From Myxococcota bacterium (GTDB taxonomy: Bacteria > Myxococcota_A > UBA796 > CAJQPC01), in assembly GCA_036229005.1 (NCBI GenBank), contig JAZAMN010000052.1:384001-448000 (forward strand): a stretch of 64,000 bases of DNA, given 5' to 3'. The notes beneath the pieces were generated by a model. The model saw nothing but the letters and a program-made list of their open reading frames with translations. It made no database searches and was not told the origin of the DNA. The translations under genes and the position numbers were made by a program. Of this stretch, positions 55,367 to 64,000 are shown piece after piece. Positions within the stretch are counted from its first letter, which is position 1. Every line of letters begins with the position of its first letter.

Positions 55367-56551
55367 ATGCCATCCCTCTCTCGTCGCAGCGCCAAGCTCC
55401 GCTCCAGCGCCATCCGCAAGCTGGACGCCCTGGTCGCGCAGCGGCCCCAGACCCGCTTCTACCGGGTGAACATCGGCCAGCCGGACGTGCCCACCCCCAA
55501 GCCCATGTTGGACGCGATCGCCGCGTTCAACCCGGCGGTGCTGGCCTACGGTCCGGCCTCGGGGATCGGGGCGTGCCGCGAGGCGGCGGCGGCCTACCAC
55601 GCCCGGTGGGCCCCGGAGCTGCAGCCCGAGCACGTCGCGGTCACCACCGGCGGCAGCGAGGCGCTGATCTTCGCCATCGCGCTGGCCTGCGACACCGACG
55701 ATGAGATCCTGGTCCCCGAGCCCTACTACACGAACTACCACGGCTTTGCGACCACCGCGGGCGCCCGCCTGCGCCCCCTGCGCACGCACCTGGAGCGCGG
55801 CTTCGCCCTGCCCACGCGGGAGGAGTTGGAGGCGGCCCTCACCCCGCACACCCGGGCCATCCTGCTGGCCAACCCGGGCAACCCCACGGGCGCGATCTAC
55901 GACCGAGAGCAGATGGCCTCGCTGGTGGCTTTTGCCGTCGAGCATGACCTGTTCATCCTCAGCGATGAGGTGTACCGCCGCATCTGGTTCGACCAGCCGC
56001 CCCCCTCCATCCTGGAGTTCCCCGAGGCGCGGCAGCTCGCGGTGTGCATCGACTCGCTCTCCAAGACCTGGAGCGCCTGCGGGCTGCGCCTGGGCTTCCT
56101 GATCTCCTTCAACGAAGAGCTGATGGCGGCCGTCGAGCGCCTGGGCCAGTCCCGCCTGGGGCCCCAACCCCTGGCCCAGGAGGCCGCGCTGGCCGCCCTG
56201 AGCATGCCCGAGTCCCACTATGAGGAGACCCGGCTGATCTACCGCGACCGCATCGACGCGCTGATGGAGGCCCTGGAGCCCATCGAGGGCGTCGAGGTGC
56301 ACCGGCCCCAGGGGGCCTTCTACCTGATGGCCCGGCTCCCGGTGGAGGACACCGAGGACTTCGCCCGCTTCATGGCGGCCGAGTTCGAGGACGAGGGCGA
56401 GTCGGTGGTGGTCGCGCCGGGCGGGGGCTTCTTCTCGAACCCCCACGACGGCCGGCACCTGATCCGCCTGGCCGCCGTCCTGGAGCCCGCCAAGCTGCGG
56501 CGCGCCGGTGAGCTCATCGGGCTGGGGCTGCAGGCGTACAAGGCCCGCTGA
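55367..56551 (+). CDS. PLP-dependent aminotransferase class I/II (aspartate aminotransferase-like)
   Basis: NIGQPD, TTGGSEA, NPGNPTG, SDEVYR, SLSKTWSACGLRLG, PQGAFY; start ATG 55367. Confidence 0.92.
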   Translation: MPSLSRRSAKLRSSAIRKLDALVAQRPQTRFYRVNIGQPDVPTPKPMLDAIAAFNPAVLAYGPASGIGACREAAAAYHARWAPELQPEHVAVTTGGSEALIFAIALACDTDDEILVPEPYYTNYHGFATTAGARLRPLRTHLERGFALPTREELEAALTPHTRAILLANPGNPTGAIYDREQMASLVAFAVEHDLFILSDEVYRRIWFDQPPPSILEFPEARQLAVCIDSLSKTWSACGLRLGFLISFNEELMAAVERLGQSRLGPQPLAQEAALAALSMPESHYEETRLIYRDRIDALMEALEPIEGVEVHRPQGAFYLMARLPVEDTEDFARFMAAEFEDEGESVVVAPGGGFFSNPHDGRHLIRLAAVLEPAKLRRAGELIGLGLQAYKAR

Positions 56552-56569
56552 GCCCCGCTGCGTCCCCCG

Positions 56570-59395
56570 CTATTCGGCGCCTTCGGGAGCGGCGGGCTCG
56601 GGGGCCAGCTCGGGGGCGGGATCGGTCGGCGCCAGCGTGTCCTCGCTGGTGGGATCGGTGGTCAAGGCGGTGAGCTCGGCCAACTGCTGCTCGAAGGTGG
56701 AGAGCGCAGCCCCGTACGCTGCCCAGTCCCCTCCCCTCTGGGCAGACATGGCGGCCTCCCAGCTCGTGTTGAGGGTCTGGACGACCTCGCCCAGGCTGGT
56801 GCCGCCCTGGGCCACGACGGGGAGCGCATCGCCGGTGGTCTCGGGGACGCCGGCCTGCCCGAAGACGGCGAGCAGGGCCTCCTCCAGGGTGCGCTCCATG
56901 GCGATGTTGTCGCCGTAGGTGACCAGCACGCGCTTGAGCTCAGGCAGCTCGGAGCTGGCGGCCTCCAGGTAGAGCGGCATCACGTAGAGCAGGGAGTCCT
57001 GGACCGGGATGACCAACAGGGAGCCGCGGGTGACCTTGGAGCCCTTCTGGTCCCACAGGGACATCTCCTTGGAGATCTCGGGGTCCTGGTTGATGCGGGC
57101 CTCGATCTGCTGGGGGCCGAAGATCAGCTTCTGCTTGGGGAACTGGTAGAGCTGCAGGGAGCCGGCGGTGTCGCCGTCGGAGCGGGCGGCCAGCCAGGCG
57201 ATCATGTTCTGCTTGTCCTTGGGGACGTAGGGCTGGAGCAGCACGAACTCGGCCTGGTCTTTGCCGGGCAGCTTCATGATCAGGTAGTTGGGCCGGCTGG
57301 AGCGGAGCTGGGAGCCCATGACCTCGGTCCCGGTGCCCGAGCGCGAGGCGAAGTCCCAGAGGTCCTCGGCGTTGTAGAAGACCCCCACCCGCTCCATGTG
57401 GTAGCGGGCGTAGACCTGGGCCTGGACCAGGAAGAAGTCCATGGGGTAGCGCAGGTGGGCCTGCAGCTCGGCGGGCATCTCGGTCATGGGGCGGAACACG
57501 CCCTCGAAGATGGCGGCGTAGGCCTGGACCACGGGGTCCGCGTCGTCGCTGACGAAGAAGGTGACGCTGCCGTCGTAGGCGTCGACCACCACCTTGACCG
57601 CGTTGCGCATGTAGTTGACCTTGCGCACGCCCCCGGCCCCGCGGAAGAGCACGGGCTCCGAGTAGGGGTAGCTGGAGGAGGTGGTGTAGGCGTCGAGCAC
57701 CCAGACCAGGCGGCCGTCGACGACGACCATGTAGGGGTCCGAGTCGAGCATCAGAAAGGGCGCGATGCTCTGCACGCGGCTGCGGATGTCGCGCCGGAAG
57801 TGCACCTTGGACTCGGAGGTCAGGTAGTTGGACAGCAGGATGTCCAGGCTGCCGAAGTGGGCCGCGAAGAGCAGCTTCTTGCCGAGGGACCCGATGGGCA
57901 CGCCGCCGGTCCCGGCGTAGCGGGTGTACTGGTTCTCGTCGCCGTCGGGGTAGTCGAACTCGTCCGTGGTGGTGGCGGTGAACACGTAGGTGTTGGTGAG
58001 CTCGCCGTAGTAGATCTCCGGCCGGTCGAGCTGCAGGTCGATGTTGGACTCGGTGGGGATGTCCTGCAGGAAGAGCTCAGGGAGACCTCGGTCGGTCACG
58101 GCGTTCACGGGGCTCATGGCGACACCGTGCCCGTGGGTGTACTGGAAGTGCTCGTTCACCCAGCTCCGGTTCTCCACCTTGGCGTAGTTGAGCTCGCGCG
58201 CGGAGAGCATCACCTGCCGCAGGGTGCCGTCGATCAGGTAGCGGTCCACGTCGACGTCGTGGAACTGGTAGTAGGGCCGGATGCCCTGGATCTGGGTGTA
58301 GGTGGTCTTGAGCTGGCCGTCGTCCCAGACGCGGATGTTCTTGATGGTCTCGGGGTTGTCGTCCAGATCCTGGGCGGTCAGGCCGGACTCCGCCGCGAAG
58401 GGCTCGGCGGCGATGCGGTCCAGCGCGAAGGCCTTCCGCGTGAAGGCGATGTTGTCCTCCAGGAAGGGCGTCTCGATGTCCAGCTCGTTGGGGGTGACCA
58501 TCCAGGTCTGCAGGAGGCTGGGCCAGACGCCCTTGAGCAAGCCCCAGGACAGGCCGTAGAGCGCGAAGGCGCCGGTGGGCAGGCGCCAATCCCGGCGGCG
58601 GGTGGCGACCAGCAGGGCCAGGGCGGAGAGCAGCGAGACGCCGATGAGGATCCAGTGGGCGGGCAGCGAGCCGTTCAGATCCGCGTAGCCCATGCCGTAG
58701 ACCACCCCGCTCTTCTCGAAGAGGAGCTGGAAGCTCTCCAGGTGCCAGCCCACAGCGAGCACGGCGAAGAAGAGCGCGCCCAGCACGAGCAGGTGGCTGC
58801 GGGCCCGGCGGGTGAGGCCGTCCCGCTGACCCACGAACACATCGCGCATGAAATAGAAGGCCAGCAGCGGCAGGGCCGTCACGGCGATCAGCGCGGCCAG
58901 AGCGTCCTGGAAGTGCTGGTACACCGGCAGGGAGAAGATGTAGAAGCCCAGGTCCTTCTCAAAGACGGGGTCCACCTCTCCAAAGGGTTGGCGGTGAAGC
59001 CAGGTCAGCACGGCCATCCAAGCCGAGGACAGGGTGGCGCCAAAGAGCAGGGCGGGCAGGGCCATCCAGGCGCCCACGCCGACGCGGAATGCGTTGCGGA
59101 GCTGGGGCCCGGTGAGGCCGCGATCCAGGACCAGGCGGGCGGCCCGGCGGAAGTCGATGGGGGCCTCGCGGGTGGCGAAGGCCAGGTTCCCGGCGATGAA
59201 GAGCACCGTGAGGGCGGCGCCCACGAACCACAGGCCCAGGCGCGCGGCCAGGCTGGTCGTGTAGACGGCGCTGTAGCCCAGGGCGTCGAACCACAGGTAG
59301 TCGACCAGGGCCTTGATGGTGTTGCCCGAGAGGAGCCAGACCGCGACGGCGATCACGGCCAGGATGCGAAGGAGGCGACCGCGCTGCTTGTTCAT
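56570..59395 (-). CDS. UPF0182 family membrane protein
   Basis: DYLWFDALGY, DPVFEKDLGFYIFSLP, PYYQFHDVDVDRY, YTHGHG, NYMRNAVKVVVDAYDG, HLRYP, PELKRV; start ATG 59395. Confidence 0.93.
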   Translation of the reverse strand: MNKQRGRLLRILAVIAVAVWLLSGNTIKALVDYLWFDALGYSAVYTTSLAARLGLWFVGAALTVLFIAGNLAFATREAPIDFRRAARLVLDRGLTGPQLRNAFRVGVGAWMALPALLFGATLSSAWMAVLTWLHRQPFGEVDPVFEKDLGFYIFSLPVYQHFQDALAALIAVTALPLLAFYFMRDVFVGQRDGLTRRARSHLLVLGALFFAVLAVGWHLESFQLLFEKSGVVYGMGYADLNGSLPAHWILIGVSLLSALALLVATRRRDWRLPTGAFALYGLSWGLLKGVWPSLLQTWMVTPNELDIETPFLEDNIAFTRKAFALDRIAAEPFAAESGLTAQDLDDNPETIKNIRVWDDGQLKTTYTQIQGIRPYYQFHDVDVDRYLIDGTLRQVMLSARELNYAKVENRSWVNEHFQYTHGHGVAMSPVNAVTDRGLPELFLQDIPTESNIDLQLDRPEIYYGELTNTYVFTATTTDEFDYPDGDENQYTRYAGTGGVPIGSLGKKLLFAAHFGSLDILLSNYLTSESKVHFRRDIRSRVQSIAPFLMLDSDPYMVVVDGRLVWVLDAYTTSSSYPYSEPVLFRGAGGVRKVNYMRNAVKVVVDAYDGSVTFFVSDDADPVVQAYAAIFEGVFRPMTEMPAELQAHLRYPMDFFLVQAQVYARYHMERVGVFYNAEDLWDFASRSGTGTEVMGSQLRSSRPNYLIMKLPGKDQAEFVLLQPYVPKDKQNMIAWLAARSDGDTAGSLQLYQFPKQKLIFGPQQIEARINQDPEISKEMSLWDQKGSKVTRGSLLVIPVQDSLLYVMPLYLEAASSELPELKRVLVTYGDNIAMERTLEEALLAVFGQAGVPETTGDALPVVAQGGTSLGEVVQTLNTSWEAAMSAQRGGDWAAYGAALSTFEQQLAELTALTTDPTSEDTLAPTDPAPELAPEPAAPEGAE

Positions 59396-59447
59396 GCCTT
59401 GGGCCTTAGCCGGATAAGCGGGTCTCTGCCTGCCCCCCGGAGCCCTC

Positions 59448-60560
59448 ATGTCCCTGGTCCTGCTGCTCGCCTGCACCACCTCTGCGCCCCCGGAGCCCCC
59501 GCCCAGCGAGCCCGTGGACGCCGAGCACCCCGGACACTGGACCCGTCGGGACAACCTGAACTTTGGCCACGCGGAGTTCTCGCTGGTGCCCACGGACGCC
59601 GGGGTCGTGATCTTTGGCGGCTACTCCAACAAGGCCGAGCGCTGGGACCCCGAGAGCGGCCAGTCGTTGCGACTGGATGACGCACCGGCGGAGCTGCTGG
59701 GCGCGGTCGGACTGCCCTTCGCGGGTGGCGCGCTCTACCTGGGTGGGAGGCGGCCCCAGGGCAAGTTCGCCGGCGAGTCGCTGGCCTGGTCCCCGGAGAC
59801 CGGCTGGTCCACGCTGCCTGCCCTGAGCACCCCGCGCTCGGAGGCCGTGGGCACCGTGCTCGACGGCAAGGCGCTGGTGTGCGGCGGGCAGGGCGTGGAC
59901 GGTCCGCTGGCGAGCTGCGAGTGGTTCGACGGCAGCGTGTCCTCGCCGGCGCCTGAGATGCCGGGTCCCAGGGCTGGAGCGGTCGCGGTGCGCAGCGGTG
60001 AGGACTGGATCCTCGTAGGCGGCACCGGTCCCTCTCCCCTGCCCCTCTACCGCTTCCACAAGGGCGCCTGGGAGTCCTGGGGCGAGCTGGACGCGGCGCT
60101 GACCCTGCACGCGGCGGTCGCGGTGGACGGGGGCGTGCTGGTGATCGGCGGCAAGGACGCAGAGGGCGCCCGCAGCAAGGTCCTCTTCTGCGACGGCACC
60201 TGCAAGGAGGTGGCTCCTCTGAACGAGGCGCGCGCTGGCCTGGGTGCGGGGCTGCTGGGAGACGGCCGCGTGGTGGCGTTCGGCGGCGAGGCCCTCCCGG
60301 AGAACCCGGACGCCCTGCCTCTGCGCAGCACGGAGCTACGCACTCTGGAGGGCACCTGGGAGCTGGGCGAGAAGGCCGGCCAGGCGCGGACGGGCGCGGT
60401 GGCCCTGCCCCTGGAGGACGGCACGCTGCTGGTGGTCGGCGGGGAGTCCCGCTCCAAGTCGATCACGGCGATCTCCACCTTCTCGCCGGAGGACAAGCCC
60501 CCGCGGACGCCCCAGGCGCAGCCGGAGCCCGCACCCGTCGAGACCCCAACCTCCCCCTGA
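59448..60560 (+). CDS. Kelch-repeat beta-propeller lipoprotein
   Basis: MSLVLLLAC lipobox; repeated GG motifs (VIFGG, YLGG, LVCGG, ILVGG, LVIGG, VAFGG, LVVGG) with downstream Trp. Confidence 0.8.
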   Translation: MSLVLLLACTTSAPPEPPPSEPVDAEHPGHWTRRDNLNFGHAEFSLVPTDAGVVIFGGYSNKAERWDPESGQSLRLDDAPAELLGAVGLPFAGGALYLGGRRPQGKFAGESLAWSPETGWSTLPALSTPRSEAVGTVLDGKALVCGGQGVDGPLASCEWFDGSVSSPAPEMPGPRAGAVAVRSGEDWILVGGTGPSPLPLYRFHKGAWESWGELDAALTLHAAVAVDGGVLVIGGKDAEGARSKVLFCDGTCKEVAPLNEARAGLGAGLLGDGRVVAFGGEALPENPDALPLRSTELRTLEGTWELGEKAGQARTGAVALPLEDGTLLVVGGESRSKSITAISTFSPEDKPPRTPQAQPEPAPVETPTSP

Positions 60561-60572
60561 GTCGAGGCCCAC

Positions 60573-60896
60573 ATGCGCATCCCCGAGATCACCCCCGAGC
60601 AGACCCACGCCCGCATCCAAGCTGGCGAGGAGATCTGCATCCTGGACTGCCGCGAGGGCTTCGAGCTCGCCCTGGCCAAGCTGCCCTTCAAGGTGCTCCA
60701 CATCCCCCTGATGCAGCTCGAGGACTACGAAGACCAGCTCCCTCGGGACCGCCAGATCGTGGTCATGTGCCACCACGGCGTCCGCTCGCTGACGGGCGCC
60801 ATGTGGCTGCGGGAGTGGGGCCTGGAGGCCGTCTCCATGAAGGGCGGCATCGACCGCTGGGCCATCCAGGTGGACGGCTCCGTGGGTCGCTACTGA
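60573..60896 (+). CDS. Single-domain rhodanese/sulfurtransferase
   Basis: LDCREGFE, HIPL, CHHGVRS active loop, MKGGIDRW. Confidence 0.9.
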   Translation: MRIPEITPEQTHARIQAGEEICILDCREGFELALAKLPFKVLHIPLMQLEDYEDQLPRDRQIVVMCHHGVRSLTGAMWLREWGLEAVSMKGGIDRWAIQVDGSVGRY

Positions 60897-60899
60897 GCG

Positions 60900-61970
60900 C
60901 TACTCCTCTTCTTCCTTGGCGCTCTCCAGGCGCTGGTTGAGCATCACGCGGAGCACGTCCCAGGCCTCGGTCTTGGCGTTGGCGTCGAAGCGCCAGTTGG
61001 AGAACAGCACCTCGCCCTCGCCGGAGTTGAAGCCCACGGTCATGGGCCCGGCCAGGCTGTAGGTCTGCATGCCATCCCGGTAGGCTACGGCCCCGGAGAG
61101 GTAGATGGTCGTGTCGGCCCCCACAGTCTCGATCACCGGGAAGCTGGGGAGGTCGTACCGGACCTCGGCAGTGCTCAGCCCCGTCGTCGAGGCCAGATCG
61201 GCGTCGTCCACCCGGGCGTTCACTGTGCCGGGCTCTCCGCGCTGGGCATCGTCGGGCAACAGGTCGTCCCCGTACCAGTCCACCGCCTCGGGCCAGCCGG
61301 CCTCGATGAGGTCATAGGACCAGTCCGTGGCGATCAGGATGCCGCCCTGGTCCACGTAGGCCTGCAGGGACGCGATCACGGCGTCCACCTGGGCCTGGTG
61401 TCCGGAGCCGTCGGAGTCGTAGAGCACGTCCTCTTCGATGTGGCCGCCGGAGAAGAGGATGGCGTCGTACACCACCAGGTTCTCGGGCACGGAGAGCAGC
61501 GCGGCGAGCTCAGCAGCGTTGTTGCCGTTCACGGCCTCGTATCCGCCGTAGCCCAGCCCCTCGAGCACGCGGCCCAGGTCGTCGTAGTTGCCGCTGACCA
61601 CGGCCAGACGGCCGGTGCCGCCGCCGCAGTCGGGCTCGTCCAGAGCGATGCCACCGGAGGGCGGGATGTAGATCTCCCGCTGGTCGATGATCTCGGAGCC
61701 GTACTGGATGTAGACCGTGTAGGTCTGCTCTGGGGTCAGATCGCTGAGGTTCCAGTAGCCGTCGATGTCGCTGACGGAGCGGCGGGTGTCGTAGAGCTCG
61801 CCGTCGCGGAAGAGGTGGGTGTAGGCCACCGCACCCTCCAGCCAGGTGGCGGTCTCCGGGTCGCAGACGCGGCCCAGGATGCCGTCGACGTTCCCGCTGC
61901 CGTTGTCGTTGATGGCGGTGAGGGTGGTCTCGGGGCCTTGGCAGGCCAGAAGCAGCATGGCGGCGATCAC
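60900..61970 (-). CDS. Lipoprotein: carboxypeptidase-regulatory-like beta domain plus class-I GATase-like (flavodoxin-fold) domain
   Basis: MIAAMLLLAC; ILGRVCDP...SDIDGYWNLSDL; LAVVSGNYDD..YDAILFSGG..YVDQGGILIATDWSY; GTGA overlap with the upstream gene. Confidence 0.7.
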   Translation of the reverse strand: MIAAMLLLACQGPETTLTAINDNGSGNVDGILGRVCDPETATWLEGAVAYTHLFRDGELYDTRRSVSDIDGYWNLSDLTPEQTYTVYIQYGSEIIDQREIYIPPSGGIALDEPDCGGGTGRLAVVSGNYDDLGRVLEGLGYGGYEAVNGNNAAELAALLSVPENLVVYDAILFSGGHIEEDVLYDSDGSGHQAQVDAVIASLQAYVDQGGILIATDWSYDLIEAGWPEAVDWYGDDLLPDDAQRGEPGTVNARVDDADLASTTGLSTAEVRYDLPSFPVIETVGADTTIYLSGAVAYRDGMQTYSLAGPMTVGFNSGEGEVLFSNWRFDANAKTEAWDVLRVMLNQRLESAKEEEE

Positions 61971-63979
61971 TGGGGCCTCCCGGGCACGACCACGTAGATG
62001 TCCAAGGTGTCCAGGAGGACGGTTCCGTCTCCCAGCACGTTCAAGGTGAGCTTGTAGATCTCGTCCTCCTCACCCGCCGGGATGGCGCCGAGGAAGTCCA
62101 GGGTGAACTGGACGATCTGCCCCGAGGGGGCTCCGCTGATGGAGTAGCTGGAGGGGCTGATGCCCGTCACGAAGCCATAGGGGTCGTCGACCTCCAGCTC
62201 CACGGTGGAGAACTGGACGGACTGCACCAGGTCGCTGATGGCGTTGACGATGGTGTTGCGCAGCCCGGAGCTGGCCCCGGTCCAGTGGAACACCAGCAGG
62301 TCATCGGCGCGCCCGTCGCCGTCCGTGTCGGCCATCGAGCCGGTGCGCGTGGCCAGGTCCTGCATCTGGGAGAGCGGCGTGGAGTAGTTGGCCGCGATGC
62401 CGATGAGGTAGGCCCCCGAGGCGCTGGCGGCTGCCACCACGTCCGAGGCGCCCGCGTCTCCGGGGCACCCACCCGGGGTGGCGTAGCCAGCGTCCGGGTC
62501 GCGCAGGTTGTTGTCCGTCGCGTACACGATGATGGGCAGCGCGTAGGGGCGGAAGCCGTAGCCGCCGTCCGTGCCGCCACCGGGGCTGCCCGTGGTGTAG
62601 GTCTGCCCGCCGCTGCCGCCGAAGGCATCCGAGGAGCTGGCCAGGAAGGGCCGCACGTCCGTGCCGGAGTCGAAGCTGCCGTTGCAGTTCTGGTCGTACC
62701 CGATGCCCGTGAGGCCCTGGTACAGCCCCTCCATGCCGGACTCGGGAGCGTCGTTTCCGTAGTGCAGGCCGATGCCGCTGAGGCTGGTCTGCACCGCCGA
62801 GATGTTGGAGGTCACCTGCTGGCGCAGGATGAAGGGCCGGTCCTGGCCGCTGCCGAAGCCGCCGTAGTTGTAGTCGTCGAAGGTGGCCACGCCGTACTCG
62901 GCGTCGGGGAGCACGCCGGAGAGCTGCGAGACGATGGAGGAGAACTCCGAGGTCATGCCGTTGACCGTGCCGCTCATGGAGCCGGTGGTGTCGATCAAGA
63001 AGGCGATGTCGCCCATCTGCACGTTCAGCTCGAAGTCGAAGCGCTCCTCGACGTTGCCGCGCTCGTCGACCGTGACGTAGATGCCCTCGATGACAGAAGC
63101 CGCGCTCTTGGGGTCGGTACCCGCCGCGACCTCCGCGCCGTCGGAGTAGCCGTCGCCGTCGGTGTCGTTGGCGTAGGGCGAGGTGCCCAGCACGTCCCGC
63201 TCTTCGGCGTCGGTCAGGCCGTCGCCATCGCTGTCGATGTCGGCGAAGTCGTAGATCCCGTCGCCGTCGGTGTCCGCAGGCTCATCCTTGGGGCCGCTGG
63301 TGCGCCCCTCCTGCGCGTCGGTGAAGCCGTCCCCGTCGCTGTCCAGATCCAGGTAGTCGGGGGTCCCGTCGCCGTCCGTATCCGCGGGCTCGGTGTCCCA
63401 TGCAGATGTCCCGGCCTCGAACACATCGCCGATGCCGTCGCCGTCGCTGTCCAGGTCCTGGTAGTCCGCGGTCCCGTCCCCGTCGGAGTCCACCTGGGCG
63501 CAGTCGGGTCCGATCTCGATGGAGTCCAGGATGCCGTCGCCGTCATCGTCCAGATCCGAGAACGCCGGCAGATCGTCCCCGTCCAGATCGCTGGAGCCCT
63601 CCTGGGCGTCCAGGATGCAGTTGTCGTCCGAGTCCAGATCGCGGAAGTCTTCGACCCCGTCGCCGTCACTGTCGAAGGGGAGGGTCAGCGGATCCCAGTC
63701 ACCGGCCTCGTCCTTGTCGGGGATGCCGTCTTCGTCCGAGTCGGTGTCCAGGTGATCGGGGAGGCCGTCGCCGTCGGTGTCCACGGTGTCCGAGTCCGCC
63801 TCGCCGTCCGAGGTCTCCACGTCCACCCAGATGCCCTCGTGGATGTCCAGGATGGTGTCGCCATCGCTGTCCACGTAGCTGATCTCGATGTCCTCGCCGT
63901 CGCCGCTGCTTCCCCCGCCGTTGCAGGCGGCCAGCGCGGCCAGAGCGGTGAGAGAGAGGGTCAGAGCCCCAATGCGCAT
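61967..63979 (-). CDS. CglD-like lipoprotein: thrombospondin-3-like Ca-binding repeats plus integrin-beta-like VWA domain
   Basis: Lipobox LAAC; many DxDGDGxxD repeats; MIDAS-like DIAFLIDTTGSMS; NDAPESG; GFRPYALPIIVYATD. Confidence 0.8.
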   Translation of the reverse strand: MRIGALTLSLTALAALAACNGGGSSGDGEDIEISYVDSDGDTILDIHEGIWVDVETSDGEADSDTVDTDGDGLPDHLDTDSDEDGIPDKDEAGDWDPLTLPFDSDGDGVEDFRDLDSDDNCILDAQEGSSDLDGDDLPAFSDLDDDGDGILDSIEIGPDCAQVDSDGDGTADYQDLDSDGDGIGDVFEAGTSAWDTEPADTDGDGTPDYLDLDSDGDGFTDAQEGRTSGPKDEPADTDGDGIYDFADIDSDGDGLTDAEERDVLGTSPYANDTDGDGYSDGAEVAAGTDPKSAASVIEGIYVTVDERGNVEERFDFELNVQMGDIAFLIDTTGSMSGTVNGMTSEFSSIVSQLSGVLPDAEYGVATFDDYNYGGFGSGQDRPFILRQQVTSNISAVQTSLSGIGLHYGNDAPESGMEGLYQGLTGIGYDQNCNGSFDSGTDVRPFLASSSDAFGGSGGQTYTTGSPGGGTDGGYGFRPYALPIIVYATDNNLRDPDAGYATPGGCPGDAGASDVVAAASASGAYLIGIAANYSTPLSQMQDLATRTGSMADTDGDGRADDLLVFHWTGASSGLRNTIVNAISDLVQSVQFSTVELEVDDPYGFVTGISPSSYSISGAPSGQIVQFTLDFLGAIPAGEEDEIYKLTLNVLGDGTVLLDTLDIYVVVPGRPQ

Positions 63980-64000
63980 GGTCTTTCCTCGGTGCAGCGT

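Overview
High-GC (roughly 70% by eye) bacterial chromosomal segment whose gene content and protein families suggest Myxococcota/deltaproteobacterial affinity (inference). It is mostly core envelope and housekeeping DNA: (i) a minus-strand lipid A operon skp-lpxD-fabZ-orphan-lpxA-gnnA-like-lpxB-ArnT-like GT-msbA-atl ending in an in-frame WaaA-LpxK fusion that runs off the left edge; (ii) a plus-strand Ca2+/cation antiporter and an acidic Cys-repeat + 7-blade FG-GAP (integrin-alpha-like) lipoprotein wedged between bamA and skp; (iii) phoH-7TM-HD-ybeY-prfB(+1 frameshift)-lipoprotein-lysS-lolC/E-lolD-bamA; (iv) ald; (v) a TPR membrane protein, two GT9 and three GT4 genes, a lipoprotein, yicC-gmk-rel-coaX; (vi) an ECF sigma/ZAS anti-sigma/beta-helix membrane protein triad; (vii) alr and a giant TPR protein with a natural EAAAK-like repeat helix, uxs, an OM barrel protein, tRNA-Thr(CGT), a GT-C, an M48-TerB fusion, an aminotransferase, UPF0182, a Kelch lipoprotein, rhodanese; and (viii) a two-gene lipoprotein operon whose first gene has Ca-binding repeats plus an integrin-beta-like (betaI + hybrid-like) module resembling CglD. 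No mobile elements, CRISPR arrays or rRNA were seen. The most notable signals are the integrin alpha-like and beta-like lipoproteins, a recurrent class of very short signal peptides with no basic n-region, the WaaA-LpxK fusion and a probable CTG-initiated ECF sigma with a SigW-like promoter. All family calls are by motif recognition, not database searches.
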